40,312 nucleotides of DNA from Mustelus asterias (Eukaryota). Below the pieces are notes generated by a model. It saw only the letters and a list, made by a program, of their open reading frames with translations, made no database searches and was not told the origin of the DNA. The position numbers and the translations under genes are program-made. This document shows positions 18,715 through 30,715 of the stretch, piece after piece. Positions within the stretch are counted from its first letter, which is position 1. Every line of letters begins with the position of its first letter. The stretch lies in assembly GCF_964213995.1 (NCBI RefSeq), contig NW_027591211.1:62001-102312 (forward strand), written 5' to 3'.

Positions 18715-20832
18715 CTTTTAAACCTGATACTCAATTCCCCCATGTTGGCCTTGTTCTGTGATCATTAATGCGGATGTTTAGATTATTCAATAGTTCTTTA
18801 AGGACAGCAGACACAGGGGAAAAAAAACATGTGGCTCTTTACACAACAGATATATTTCAAGGGGATATTGCAGCCAGCTGTATCTGAGTGGCAGTAATCT
18901 TCCCTCAGAATCAGACAGATTGTGGGTTCAGCTCAGAGCCTCAAATACTAGGCCCTTAGCATCGATCAGAGACTCCGAACAGAGAAATACAGAAAGAGAG
19001 CTTGGCAAAGTCAGATTTAATTTTACATTCAATATTTATTTAAAAATTCAGAGAATATTTGACAGGAAAATTGATTTTAAAGTTAACAAAAGTGAATCTG
19101 ACCTTTGAGCTTCACAATGAGATCTGAACCCCTATGCTCTGAGCTGCCCAATATCTGTACAGCTGTACCAGACACCAGAAAGAGAAAACCGGAGCTCAAC
19201 ATCACGGGAAATGAACAATTGTGAATAAGGAACGAGAAAAGTTATTAATTTATACCTGAGATTTAAACTACAGGAAAATTATTAACTACAATTACATTGC
19301 AACAAAAGTTACCTTCTACATTTCACACTGAAAACTGAACTACCGACCACAATTGTCTCAGTGACAGATTCAGAATGATAAACTGAGAGAATTTCACTGT
19401 TGGAGTCACCGACAGCAGATATTGTATTTGTGTCAATCAGGAATCTTAATAATCAGCTGAGGGAAATCTACACCGTCCAAAATTCAACCCATCACTTGAT
19501 CTGTAAAAGAAAGATACAATAATGAAGCAGATGTTTATGATGCGGGACATTAATGTTAGAGTTTTTAATCAATGAATCATTTAGAGATTTTTCAAATCCC
19601 TTCTGTTTGACAATCCACTCTGACACCAGTCACATTTCACACTCTCTGCTCAGTCCTGTGTTGGGGGGGTGTTTAGTGTGGGATCAGTGTTTGCTTTTCT
19701 CAAACCGCAGTGATATTCCCAACAAGGGCAAGAGGTTTCAGTGTTTAAACATGTAAAGATTACAGAACAAAACCAGACAGAGAGTGATGAGGCCTCACAC
19801 CTTCAATGTAGTGATTCCCCCAATCTTTCCTTTTGAAAATTGTTTCCTTCCTCTGTCTGAAGTATTGGAGACGTCGACATCACTGAAACAATACAATCTC
19901 TCGGGACAATCACTGTAAACAGCTTCTGGAAACAAAGTTAACACTTTAATCACCCAAAAAGCTGTATGTCCATTCAAACACCTCCCTCCCCATATCCTTG
20001 TAAATGCAAAGATAACTCCCATTTCCCCAAAGCAGGAAGATGTGAAATGGAAACATCTTCAGCTTTTTACACACTGCACTTTTCCACGGACCAAAATGTT
20101 TCAAAACATTTGCTGAAGTTTTGTTTTAAACTCTTTATCAATGTCCTTCCAGGTTTAGTGTGAAGGTCTGTGTTCCACACTGAGCCCCTCTCAGTCTCCA
20201 CACGGAGCTTGTGTGTGTGCTGATGCTCCTGTCGTTTTGGATGGATACTGTGTGAAGCTGCATTCTCTCCCAGTGAGTTTCTGATCTACTTCACTCTCTC
20301 TGCGGCTGGAGCAATGTCCAGCAGGCAGCAGAGGATGGCAGTGTATCACTGTCAGCACAATATAGACAAACAGCCTTTAGCAAGAGAGGCTTTGACCCTT
20401 TTTCAAACCAAATCCCCAATTTGATGTTTCCAGCTGCGCTGTTTACAATGCTGCTGAATATTGTGTGTCTTTGGTAAACTGGGATGTGTAGCATTCAGTC
20501 ACATTAAGTGGTGAATAAATACATCAACACTGTGTATATCTTTCTGTGTGTGTGTGTCAGCGTGCATGTGTGTCAATGTATTTAAATCTCAAAGGAAAAT
20601 AGGAGCAGGTGTAGGCCATTTGGCCCATCGATCCAGCGCCAGCATTCAAACAGATCATGGTGCACGTACGCACACAAAACACGCACACACCAACACACAC
20701 AAAACACGCACACACAAACACACATAAAACACGCACACACACAAAACACGCACACACACAAAACACGCGCACACACAACAAACACACATAAATCACACAC
20801 ACAAACACAATAAACACACACACACCAAACAC

Positions 20833-21142
20833 ACAGTTAGCACTGCTGCCTCACAGTGCCAGGGACTCGGGTTCGGTTCCCACCTTGGGTCACTGTCTGT
20901 GCGGACTTTGCACGTTCTCCCCGTGTCTGCGTGGGTTTCCTCCGGGTGCTCCGGTTTCCTCCCACAGTCTGAAAGACGTTCTGGTTCAGGTGCATTGGCC
21001 GTGCTAAATTGTCCCTCCGCGTCAGGGAGACTAGCTCGGGTAAATGCATGGGGTAATGGGGATAGGGCCTGAGTGGGATTGTGGTCGGTACAGACTCAAT
21101 GGGCCAAATGGCCTCCTTCTGCACTGTAGGAGTCTAGGATTC
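20833..21142 (+). mobile_element. HE1-type SINE
   Basis: Head (GTTAGCACTGCTGCCTCACAG), core and tail (ATGGCCTCCTTCTGCACTGTAGG); follows a CA-rich tract at 20670-20835. Confidence 0.88.
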
Positions 21143-21348
21143 GATGAAAACACACAGAAACAGATATTCTCACCCAGTAACACTCAGACGCACACAGTAA
21201 TAAACACACACGNNNNNNNNNNNNNNNNNNNNNNNNNNNNNNNNNNNNNNNNNNNNNNNNNNNNNNNNNNNNNNNNNNNNNNNNNNNNNNNNNNNNNNNN
21301 NNNNNNNNNNNNNNNNNNNNNNNNNNNNNNNNNNNNNNNNNNNNNNNN

Positions 21349-21610
21349 TTCACACAATCGATTTGCCTCTTGAACATGCTGAATGATTGGGCTTCCACAT
21401 CCCCCTGGAATAGAAAATTCCAAAGATTCACCACCCTCTGAGTGAAGAAATTCCTCCTCATCTCAGTCTTCAATCATCTGCCCCTGATTCTGAGATTGTG
21501 TCCCCTGGTTCTAGTCTCACCAGCCAGGGGAAACATCCAATCTACATCCACCCTGTCACACCCTGTAAGAATTTTAAGTCTGTTTCAATGGGATCGCCTC
21601 TCATTCTTCA
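21349..21610 (-). mobile_element. CR1 fragment
   Basis: KTEMRRNFFTQRVVNLWN; abuts the N-gap at 21213-21348. Confidence 0.85.
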
Positions 21611-21707
21611 AGGGTTCAAGGCCGACTTGTGGACTTGATGGCCATGGAAGGTGTGCTCATAACGGGGCCAAACAGCTGGATTATCAAACAGTAAATCCTG
21701 CCGGATC

Positions 21708-22196
21708 TTGTATCAGTAAACTCTGCCCGAAACCTCCCTCAGTTAATACAATATGGGCCTTGTATCAGTAAACTCTGCCTGAAACCTCTCTCAGTTATTA
21801 CAATATGGGCCTTGTATCAGTAAACTCTGCCCAAAACCTCTCTCAGTTATTACAATCTGGGCCTTGTATCAGTAATCTCTGCCCGAAACCTCTCTCTGTT
21901 ATTACAATCTGGGCCTTGTATCAGTAAACTCTGCCCGAAACCTCTCTCAGTTATTACAATCTGGGCCTGGTATCAGTAAACTCTGCCTGAAACCTCTCTC
22001 AGTTATTACAATATGGGCCTTGTATCAGTAATCGCTGCCCTAAACCACTCTCAGTTATTACAATCTGGGCCTGGTATCAGTAAACTCTGCCCTAAACCAC
22101 TCTCAGTTATTACAATCTGGGCCTTGTATCAGTAATCTCTGCCCTAAACCTCTCTCAGTTATTACAATCTGGGCCTTGTATCAGTAAACTCTGCCC
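21708..22196. repeat. 52-bp minisatellite, ~9.4 copies
   Basis: Unit TTGTATCAGTAAACTCTGCCCGAAACCTCTCTCAGTTATTACAATCTGGGCC starts at 21708, 21760, 21812, 21864, 21916, 21968, 22020, 22072, 22124 and 22176. Confidence 0.97.
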
Positions 22197-23146
22197 CAGT
22201 ACACCAGAGACTGAAAGCAAGCATGCAGCTACAGCAAACAGTTAGGAAGGCAAATGGTATGTTGGCCTTCATTGCAAGAGAACTTGAGGAAAGGAGCAAG
22301 GATGTCTTACTGCAGCTGTACAGGCCCTCGGTGAGACCACACCTGGAATATTGTGTACAGTTTTTGTCTCTGCAACTATGAAATGCTGCGTTTACCATAG
22401 AGGGAGAGCAGCGGAGGCACACCAGACTGATTCCTGGGATGGCAGGATTGTCGTATGAGGAGAGATTGAGTCGACTGGGCCTGTAGAAACCTATCCATCT
22501 CAGTCTGTGAACGATGACTGAGCCTCCACAGCCCTCTGGGATAGGGAATTCCAAAGATTTACCACCCTGGAAGCACATGGAATTCAGGAAACCTTGGCGA
22601 GATGGATCCGAACCTGGTTTAGTAATTGGACACAAAGGGTGGTGTTGGAAGGCTGTTTGAGTGGCTGGAGGCCGGTGTCCAGTGGGGCACCACAAGGCTC
22701 CGTGCTGGGGGGCTTATTGTTGTTATACATAAATGAGACAGATGATAATGCGGGGGCAATGATAAGCAAGGTTCCAGATGACACCAAGATTGGTAGGATG
22801 GTTAATAGTGAAGAAGGTTGTAGGTTACAGGAAGATATCGCTGGGTTGGTCAGATAGGCAGAGCAGTGGCAGATGGTATTTGACCCTGATAGGTGCGAGG
22901 TGATGCACTTTGGAAGCAGTAACAAGGCAAGGGAGTATTTAATGAGTTGCAGGACACTGGGAAGCTCAGAGGAACATATGGATCTTGGGCAATTATTCAC
23001 AGATCCCTGAAGGCAGCAGAGCAGGTGAATCAAGTGGGAAAGAAGGCAGATGAGACTCTTGCTTTTATCAGTCATGGCGCAGAGTAGAAGAGCAAAGAGT
23101 TAATGTTGGAGTTGTACAGAGCGTTGGTTAGGCCACAGCTGGAGTA
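22197..23146 (+). mobile_element. Decayed CR1 fragments (22197-22483 +, short 22484-22570 -, 22575-23146 +)
   Basis: WRPVSSGAPQGSVLG...KVPDDTKIG (ORF 22594-22857); GAGACCACACCTGGAATATTGTGTACAG at ~22333. Confidence 0.85.
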
Positions 23147-24175
23147 ACTAGTGGCGTGCCGCAGGGATCGGTACTGGGGCCTCAACTATTTACCATTTAT
23201 ATAGACGATCCGGAGGAGGGGACTGAGTGTAGGGTAACAAAGTTTGCAGACGACACAAAGATAAGTGGAAAAGTGAATCGTGCGGAGGGCGTAGAAGGTC
23301 TGCAGAGAGATTTGGACAGGCTGAGTGAGTGGGCGAGGATCTGGCAGATGGAGTATAACGTTGACAAATGCGAGTTTATTCACTTTGGAGAAAATAATAG
23401 CAAATTGGATTATTATCTAAATGGAAAAAAATTACAACATGCTGCTGTGCAAAGGGACCTGGGGGCCCTTGTGCATGAGACGCAAAAACCCAGTCTGCAG
23501 GTGCAACAGGTGATCAGGAAGGCAAATGGGATGTTGGCCTATACCGCAAGGGGGATAGAATATAAAAGCAGAGATGTCTTGCTGCATCTGTACAGGGCAT
23601 TGGTGAGGCCGCAGCTGGAATACTGTGTGCAGTATTGGTCCCCTTATTTGCGGAAGGATATATTGGCCTTGGAGGGAGTGCAGAGAAGGTTCACCAGGTT
23701 GATACCAGAGATGAGGGGTGTTGATTATCAGGAGAGACTGAGCAGATTGGGTTTCTACTCGTTGGAATTTAGAAGTCTGAGGGGGGGATCTTATGGAGAC
23801 CTATAAGATAATGAAGGGGCTGGATAGGGTAGAGGTGGAGAGATTCTTTCCACTTAGAAAGGAAGCTAGAACTAGAGGGCACAGCCTCAAAATAAAGGGG
23901 GGTCAGTTTAGGACAGAGTTGAGGAGGAACTTCTTCTCTCAGACGGTGGTGAATCTCTGGAATTCTCTGCCCACTGAAGTGGTGGAGGCTACCTCGTTGA
24001 ATGTGTTTAAATCACGGAGAGATGGATTCCTGATCGGTAAGGGAATTAGGGGTTATGGGGATCAGGCGGGTAAGTGGAACTGATCCACTTCAGATCAGCC
24101 ATGATCTTATTGAATGGCGGGGCAGGCTCGAGGGGCTAGATGGCCTACTCCTGCTCCTATTTCTTATGTTCTTAT
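23147..24175 (+). mobile_element. Young 5'-truncated CR1 LINE with RT core
   Basis: PQGSVLGPQLFTIYIDD...KFADDTK...WQMEYNVDKC...LEYCVQYWSP; one frameshift at the G-run ~23781-23787; tail TTCTTATGTTCTTAT. Confidence 0.95.
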
Positions 24176-24284
24176 CTCAGTCCTAAATGTCCTGCCACCT
24201 TACTCTGCGACTATGCCATGGTTCTAGACACCCCCCCCCCCCCTCCCAGCCGGGGGATACATCCTTCCTGTATCTACTCAGCTA

Positions 24285-25020
24285 ACGTTTGGGGGTTGGG
24301 GAGAGTTATGGAACAAAGAGATCTCGGGGTACAGGTTCATAGCTTCTTGACAGTGGAGTCACAGGTGGACAGAGTGGTGAAGAAGGCATTCAGCATGCTT
24401 GGTTTCATTGGCCAGAACATTGAATACAGGAGTTGGGACGTCTTGTTGAAGTTGTACAAGACATTGTTAAGGCCACGCTTGGAATACTGTGTACAGTTCT
24501 GGTCACCCTATTTTAGAATGGATATTATTAAACTAGAAAGAGTGCAAAAAAGACTTACTAAGATGCTACCGGGACATGATGGTTTGGGTTTTAAGGAGAG
24601 GTTGTACAGACTGGGACTTTTTTCCCTGTAGCGTAGAAGACTGAGGGGTGATTTTATAGAGGTCTATAAAATAATGAGGGGCATAGATCAGCGAGATAGT
24701 CAATATCTTCTCCCAAAGGTAGGGGAGTCTAAAACTAGAGGGCATAGGTTTAAGGTGAGAGGGGAGAGATACAAAAGGGTCCAGAGGGCAATTCTTTTCA
24801 CACAGAGAGTGGTGAGTGTCTGGAATGAGCTGCCAGGGGCAGTAGTAGGGGCGGGTACAATTTTATGTTTTAAAAAGCATTTAGACAGTTACATGGGTAA
24901 GATTGGTATAGAGGGATATGGGCGAAACACAGGCAATTGTGATTAGCTTAATGGTAAAAACTGGGCGGCATGGACAAGTTGGGCCAAAGCGCGTTTCCAT
25001 GCTGTAAACCTCTATGACTC
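24285..25020 (+). mobile_element. CR1 3' portion
   Basis: EQRDLGVQVH...LEYCVQFWSP...FTQRVVSVWNELP (ORFs 24140-24631 and 24674-24946). Confidence 0.92.
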
Positions 25021-26500
25021 GACCCTGCTGAGCCCTGTAAGAATTGTCCAAGTTTGAATGAGGTCACCTCTCATGCTTCTCAAGTGCATAAAGTAAAAGT
25101 CCATTTTCTTTCCTCAGAGGACAATCCCTCCATCCCAGGAATTAATGCAGTGAAATGTCATTGAAGTCCCTCTCGGACAAGAATATCTTTCCTTAGGTAA
25201 GAGGATAAAACTGTACACAACACTCCGTGTGTGGTTTCACCACTAATTCAGCCTCTCCCACATCCCCTTGAAGAGTCTACATCCTCCTCACAACTCACAC
25301 TTCCACCTGCTTTCATGTCATCTGCAAACTCGGAAATATTACATTTGATCCCAAACGTCCAAATCAATGATATGGATTGTGAATAGCTGGGCTCCCGAGT
25401 ACTGATCCTTGTGATAAGCCGCTGGTCACAGCCTGCCACCCTGAAAATGACCCATTTGTACCTAAGCTCTGTTTTCTGTCCGTTAACCATTTCTCAATTC
25501 ATGCCAGTATTATCAGGGTAAATACGTTGCATCACGGGGTAGGGCCTGGGTGGGAATGTTGTCAGCGCAGGCTCGATGGGCTGTATGGCCTCCTTCTGCA
25601 CTGTAGGGATTCCATGATTCTAATATGTACATACGTCAGTGAAGGTGGCAGGGCACTTTGACAGAGCAGTAAATGAAGTATATGGTATCCCAGCTTTTAT
25701 TAATGGAGGGATTGAGGACAAGAGTAAGGAGTTCATATTGAACTTTTATAAGACAATTGTTAGGCCTCATCTGGAGACTGTGCCCAGTTCTGGGCACCGT
25801 ACTTGAGGAGGGATGTGAAGACATTGGAGAGAGTGCAGAGGAGATTCACAAGAATGATTCCAGGGAATAAGATCCGTAGCTACGAGGGTAGATTGGAGAG
25901 GTTGGGACTGTTTTCCTTGGAGGAAAGAAGGCTGAGGTGAGACTTGAGAGAGAGATTCAAGATCCTAAGGGGTATCCACAGGTTAAAGAGTGAGAAACTC
26001 TTCCCTCTCAAGAGATGGTCATGAACTAGAGGGCACAGATTCTAAATGATGGGGAAATGGATCAGAAGTGAAGTGAGGAAAAGCACTTCATCAAGAGGGT
26101 GTTTGGAATCTGGAACAATCTTCCCGAAAGCCTGTTCCAATATTCAATAAGATCCTGGCTGATCTGTGATCGAACTCTCTGTCTCTTAACGCCTTGGACT
26201 AAGGAAAATCTATCAACCCCAGATTTAAAATAATAACAAGTGACTGAGCATCAATAGCCATTTGCAGAAGATTGTTTCAAACTAACTCCACACCACATCT
26301 GGCAAGGTTTCCATTTCTACAATTCTAAAATTCTAAACTGAGGCTAACATTCAAATATTCCCAAATCCTGGAGTTCCCAGCCAGCAGAAAAACTTGTTCT
26401 TTATCAGCCTCTCCCTTTCCCTCATTATTTTCAATGTTTGATTAAATGAGCCCCCAACTTAAATTCCAGCGGTTAAGAATAATGTTTAATCTGCACTCAT
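25021..26500. mobile_element. Mosaic of decayed CR1 fragments (25021-25510 -, 25620-26130 +, 26130-26490 -) and a SINE tail (~25512-25620 +)
   Basis: ISEFADD in ORF 25248-25490; TTGGAGAGAGTGCAGAGGAGATTCACAAGAATG at ~25824. Confidence 0.75.
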
Positions 26501-26834
26501 AGAATCATAGAAACCCTACAGTGCAGAAGGAGGCCATTCGGCCCATCGAGTCTGCACCGACCACAATCCCACCCAGACCCTACCCCCACATATTTACCCG
26601 CTAATCCCTCTAACCTACACATCCCAGGACTCTCAGGGGCAATTTTTAACCTGGCCAATCAACCTAACACGCACATGTTTGGACTGTGGGAGGAAACCGG
26701 AGCACCCGGAGGATACCCACGCAGACACGAGGAGAATGTGCAAACTCCACACAGACAGTGACCTGAGCCGGGAATCGAACCCGGGACCCTGGAGCTGTGA
26801 AGCAGCAGTGGTAACCACTGTGCTACCGTGCCGC
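26498..26834 (-). mobile_element. HE1-type SINE, full length
   Basis: Complete head, core and tail with a CATAGAATCATAGAA terminus. Confidence 0.92.
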
Positions 26835-28029
26835 ACTGTTCATCAAATGTTCCCAACACAAATACTGGAATGGGCTAAATACAGAGTAAAATTCCCTCTG
26901 TTCTGTCCAAGGAATGTTTCATCACAGATTTTTATTTTGAAGTTTAGGAAAAACAGGAATCAAATTGCTCAGCATCCCAGTGTGGTCCCCTGTTTATTTC
27001 AATCAGCCCTTCACATTCAAACATGAAGTTGAAGCTTCGAATACTGTCTGTGGCAGCGTTTGTGGATTCAGTTGTTCTCCTGCTTTTTCACTTGTCTGAA
27101 GGATTTGAATTATAGACATTGTTTAATCATTCCTTTCTCTCAGCACATGGAACTTGTGAATCTTCAAGGCAGACAATCTCATGTCATTAACAACAAACTG
27201 CATCTTTATTCATCCGTCCATTTCCTATCTCTGAATGGATCACACACATTTCCAGAATGCAGGAAGCTCTCAATGGAAACTGCTTCCAATTATTCCCCAA
27301 TACAATTGTTCGCACTTTACTGTGAACTACATTCCACTGACATTCCCAAAGCAGCCACAGAAAAGTGACTGGTTATTTTAAACACTGAACCTGAACTATT
27401 TGAACTGATGATTCACTCACATTGTACAGAAATGTTGACCCTGTTTTGATGAGGGTGATCAGATTAACATTGTAACATGAAGACAGCCTCCGTACTGAGA
27501 TTAACCACATTTACAACAATTCCACAATATCAGATCCATTGCTGTGTGTATTGTGTGAATTCAGCTGTGAAATATCTGGACATTTGGAGCTTCCACTGTT
27601 TCTGTCATTTCATCATTTATTAAAGTACGTTGTTCTATCCCTTTTAAATCTAAGTTGTGTCAGTTTACATTTCCCTGCACTGAAACCTCTCCACCAGTTT
27701 TGTCCATGTACAAAATATGAATAACTCTTTGCAATGTGATGTTTCCAGCTGCGCTGCTTACAATGCTGTCTAATGTTTTGTGTCATCGGCAAACCAGGAT
27801 GTGTAGCATTCAGTCACATTAAATGGTCAATAAATATGTCAATACTGTGTATATCTTTCTCTGTGTGTGTGTCTGTGTCTGTGTGTGTGTGTGTGTCTGT
27901 GTCTGTGTGTGTGTCTGTGTGTGTGTGTGAGTGTCAGCATGCATGTGTGTCAATGTATTTGAATCTCAAATATGTGCAGTTGGAGGCCATTTGACCCATC
28001 GAGCCTGCTCCCCCACTCAAACAGATCAT

Positions 28030-28386
28030 GACAAACACACACACACAGACACACAGACGCACACGCACTCACAGAGATACAGACACACACACACAGACGC
28101 ACACGCACTCAGAGATACAGACACATACACACACTCATAGACACACACACACAGACAAAGAGAGAGACACACAGACACTCACAGACACACACGCAGAGAG
28201 ACACAAACACACACTCACAGACACACACACGCAGAGAGACACAAACACACACTCACAGACACACATGCACAAAGACACAGAGACACACAGACAGACACAC
28301 ACTCACTCACAGACACACGCAGAGAAACACAATCACACACACAGAAACACACATTGAAATAGACACTTGCACACACTTAGAAACTG

Positions 28387-28462
<76 letters not shown>
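28030..28462. repeat. CA/GACA-rich tract ending in a pure (CA)n microsatellite ~28398-28462
   Basis: Direct inspection. Confidence 0.92.
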
Positions 28463-28467
<5 letters not shown>

Positions 28468-28813
28468 TACAAAAACATAAGCGCACCGACACTCTCATTC
28501 CTATTTCTGTTTTACTCCTCAATCCCCCAACTAAAAAGTACTGGGATCTGAACTTGAAATGCTGGAACTGATCATGGAGGAACGAGTGGGGCCTAATAGA
28601 CACTGAGAAGTTAACTTGTGTATGAATCATAGAATGGTGACAGCACAGGAGGCCATTCAGCCCGTCAAGCCTGGATCGACACACTGCAAGAGCAGTTTCA
28701 CTATTCCCAATCCTCCACCCTCTCCCCGTAACCCTGTCAATATTTTCCCTTCAGCTTCCCATTCAATTTCCTCTTGATGGAATCTTCTCCCACCTCTGAC
28801 TCAGGCAGCACAT

Positions 28814-29038
28814 GATGTGGAGATGCCGGCGTTGGACTGGGGTAAACACAGTAAGAAGTTTAACAACACCAGGTTAAAGTCCAACAGGTTTATTTGGTAG
28901 CAAAAGCCACACAAGCTTTCGGAGCTCCAAGCCCCTTCTTCAGGTGAGTGGGAATTCTGTTCACAAACAGGGCAGATAAAGACACAGACTCAATTTACAT
29001 GAATAATGGTTGGAATGTGAATCCTTACAGCGAATCAA
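28814..29038 (-). mobile_element. Penelope-like element terminal fragment inserted in an old CR1 tail
   Basis: Same family as 13349-13520. Flanked by the near-direct repeat GGCAGCACAT (28804-28813) / GGCAGAACAT (29039-29048); CR1-like sequence resumes on both sides (~28625-28813 and ~29039-29090). Confidence 0.8.
28910..28946 (-). ncRNA. Minimal type-I hammerhead ribozyme motif
   Basis: CAC-CUGAAGA-A-GGGGCU[UGG]AGCUCC-GAAA-GC-UU/GUG. Confidence 0.75.
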
Positions 29039-29094
29039 GGCAGAACATTCCAGATACCAGCAGTCACTACGTTAAAAACATTTCCTCATCACAG

Positions 29095-29515
29095 ATTCAT
29101 ACAGTGCAGAAGAGACCCTTCGGCCCATCGAGTCTGCACCGACACGTGAGGACCACCTAACATACCGACCTCACCCCATTTACCAGCACTTGGCCCATAG
29201 CCCTGAATGTGATGATGTGCCAAGTGCTTATCCAGCTACTTTTTAAAGGATGTGAGGCAACTTGCCTCGACCAACCTCCCAGGCAGCGCATTCCAGACTG
29301 TCACCACCCTGTGGGTAAAACAGATTTTCCTCACATCCCCCCCAAACCTCCTGCCCCTCACCTTGAACCTATGTCCCCTCGTGACTGACCCTTCAACTAA
29401 GGGGAACAGCTGCTCCCGATCCACACTCTTCATGTCTCTCATAATCTTGTCCACCTCAATCAGGTCGCCCCCCCCAGTCTTCTCTGCTCCAATGAATACA
29501 ACACAAGCCGACTCA
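29095..29515 (-). mobile_element. CR1 3' fragment
   Basis: ORF 29236-29454: LFPLVEGSVTRGHRFKV...FTHRVVTVWNALP. Confidence 0.9.
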
Positions 29516-29532
29516 ACTTCTAATTTTTAATT

Positions 29533-29770
29533 TTGTTTATTAGTGTCACAAGTAGGCTTGCATTAACACTGTGAAGTTACTGTGAAAATTCCCCAGATGC
29601 CACACTCTGGTGTTCGGTTACACTGAGAGAAAATTTACCACGGCCAATGCACCCTAACCAGCACATCATTCACACTGTGGGAGGAAACCGCAGCACCCAG
29701 AGGAAAGCCACGCAGACCTCCGGGATCGGCGCAGACATGATGGGCCGAATGGCCTCCTGCTGTTCTGTGA
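29533..29770 (-). mobile_element. HE1-related SINE 3' half, followed by a short + strand SINE/CR1 tail
   Basis: TTATTAGTGTCACAAGTAGGCTT tail and GGGAGGAAACCG core. Confidence 0.8.
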
Positions 29771-30359
29771 TTCGAGAACACCCTTTGTGTGAAGACGTGT
29801 TCCTTAATTTCACTTTGAAAGGGTTTCAGAATATTTTTAATATTTCAGACAATGATCCCAGTCCCAGACTCCACAACCAGCAAGAAACCTTTCTCTTTCT
29901 CTATCCTATCAGTTTCCATTATTCTCCTGACAACGTTGATCAAATTATCCCTGACACTCCAAACTTCCCGGGAATACAACCCTCGTTTGTGTCTCCAGAG
30001 CTGCGTCTCTGTCACATTTAAAATACTAATGTTACCTCAGCGAGGAGACAACTCTGTCAGAAATATCTCAGTGCTGCGCTCACATCAAATGGCCGCTGGG
30101 AAGAAAGGCCAAATGGCTGACTGATATTTGTGGATATTTTTCACAGATTCCCAGGGAGGGAGAGGGAGAGATGGAGAGAGGGACAGAAGACACAGACAGA
30201 GAGAGTGAGAAAAAGAAATAAACAGAATTACCTTGGGCCCATTTAGTTTCTATTTTCTCTGCTCTCCTCAACTTCTTGTCTGAACTCCACTTGCCTCCTT
30301 CTGCCCTGGAACAATTCTGTGATCCTGTGATGGGATAAACAGACCGAGGGAGGAAATAT

Positions 30360-30700
30360 GAAGGTCCGCAGCATCTTTGAGAGTGGATTAATTGCGGGAA
30401 TGAGGGATGTGAGCTCCAGGGTGAGGTTGGAGAAACGGGGCTTGTTCCCCTTGAGGGGAGATTTGCTCGAGATGTACAAGATTAGGACAGGTTTCGATAA
30501 AGTCGATAAAGGAAAGCTGTTGCCGTTAGCTGATTGGGTTCAGGGATAACAGGGAGACACAATTTAAAGTTTCAGGAGAGACGCAGTGAGGGAATGTGAG
30601 GAAAAACATCTTTCACACACACACACAGAGCCTGGGAATGTGTTTGGACGCACGGCCTATGAGGATGGTGGAAGCGGAGATGATGAGTGAATGACAGGGA
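30360..30700 (+). mobile_element. Decayed CR1 fragment
   Basis: RLEKRGLFPLRGDLLEMYKI in ORF 30358-30549. Confidence 0.75.
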
Positions 30701-30715
30701 TGGAGAGGTGACACT

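Noticed and set aside
21708-22196. Possible CRISPR-like array
   Set aside because: Contiguous tandem units with no unique spacers, in a eukaryotic context.
27023-27390. Signal-peptide-like MKLKLRILSVAAFVDSVVLLLFHLSEG, then an acceptor at 27143 and a frame ending ...ALYC...CACAG, resembling a leader + V gene
   Set aside because: No GT donor after the leader, an implied intron of only ~43 nt, no first Cys or WYxQ motif, and no correctly spaced nonamer.
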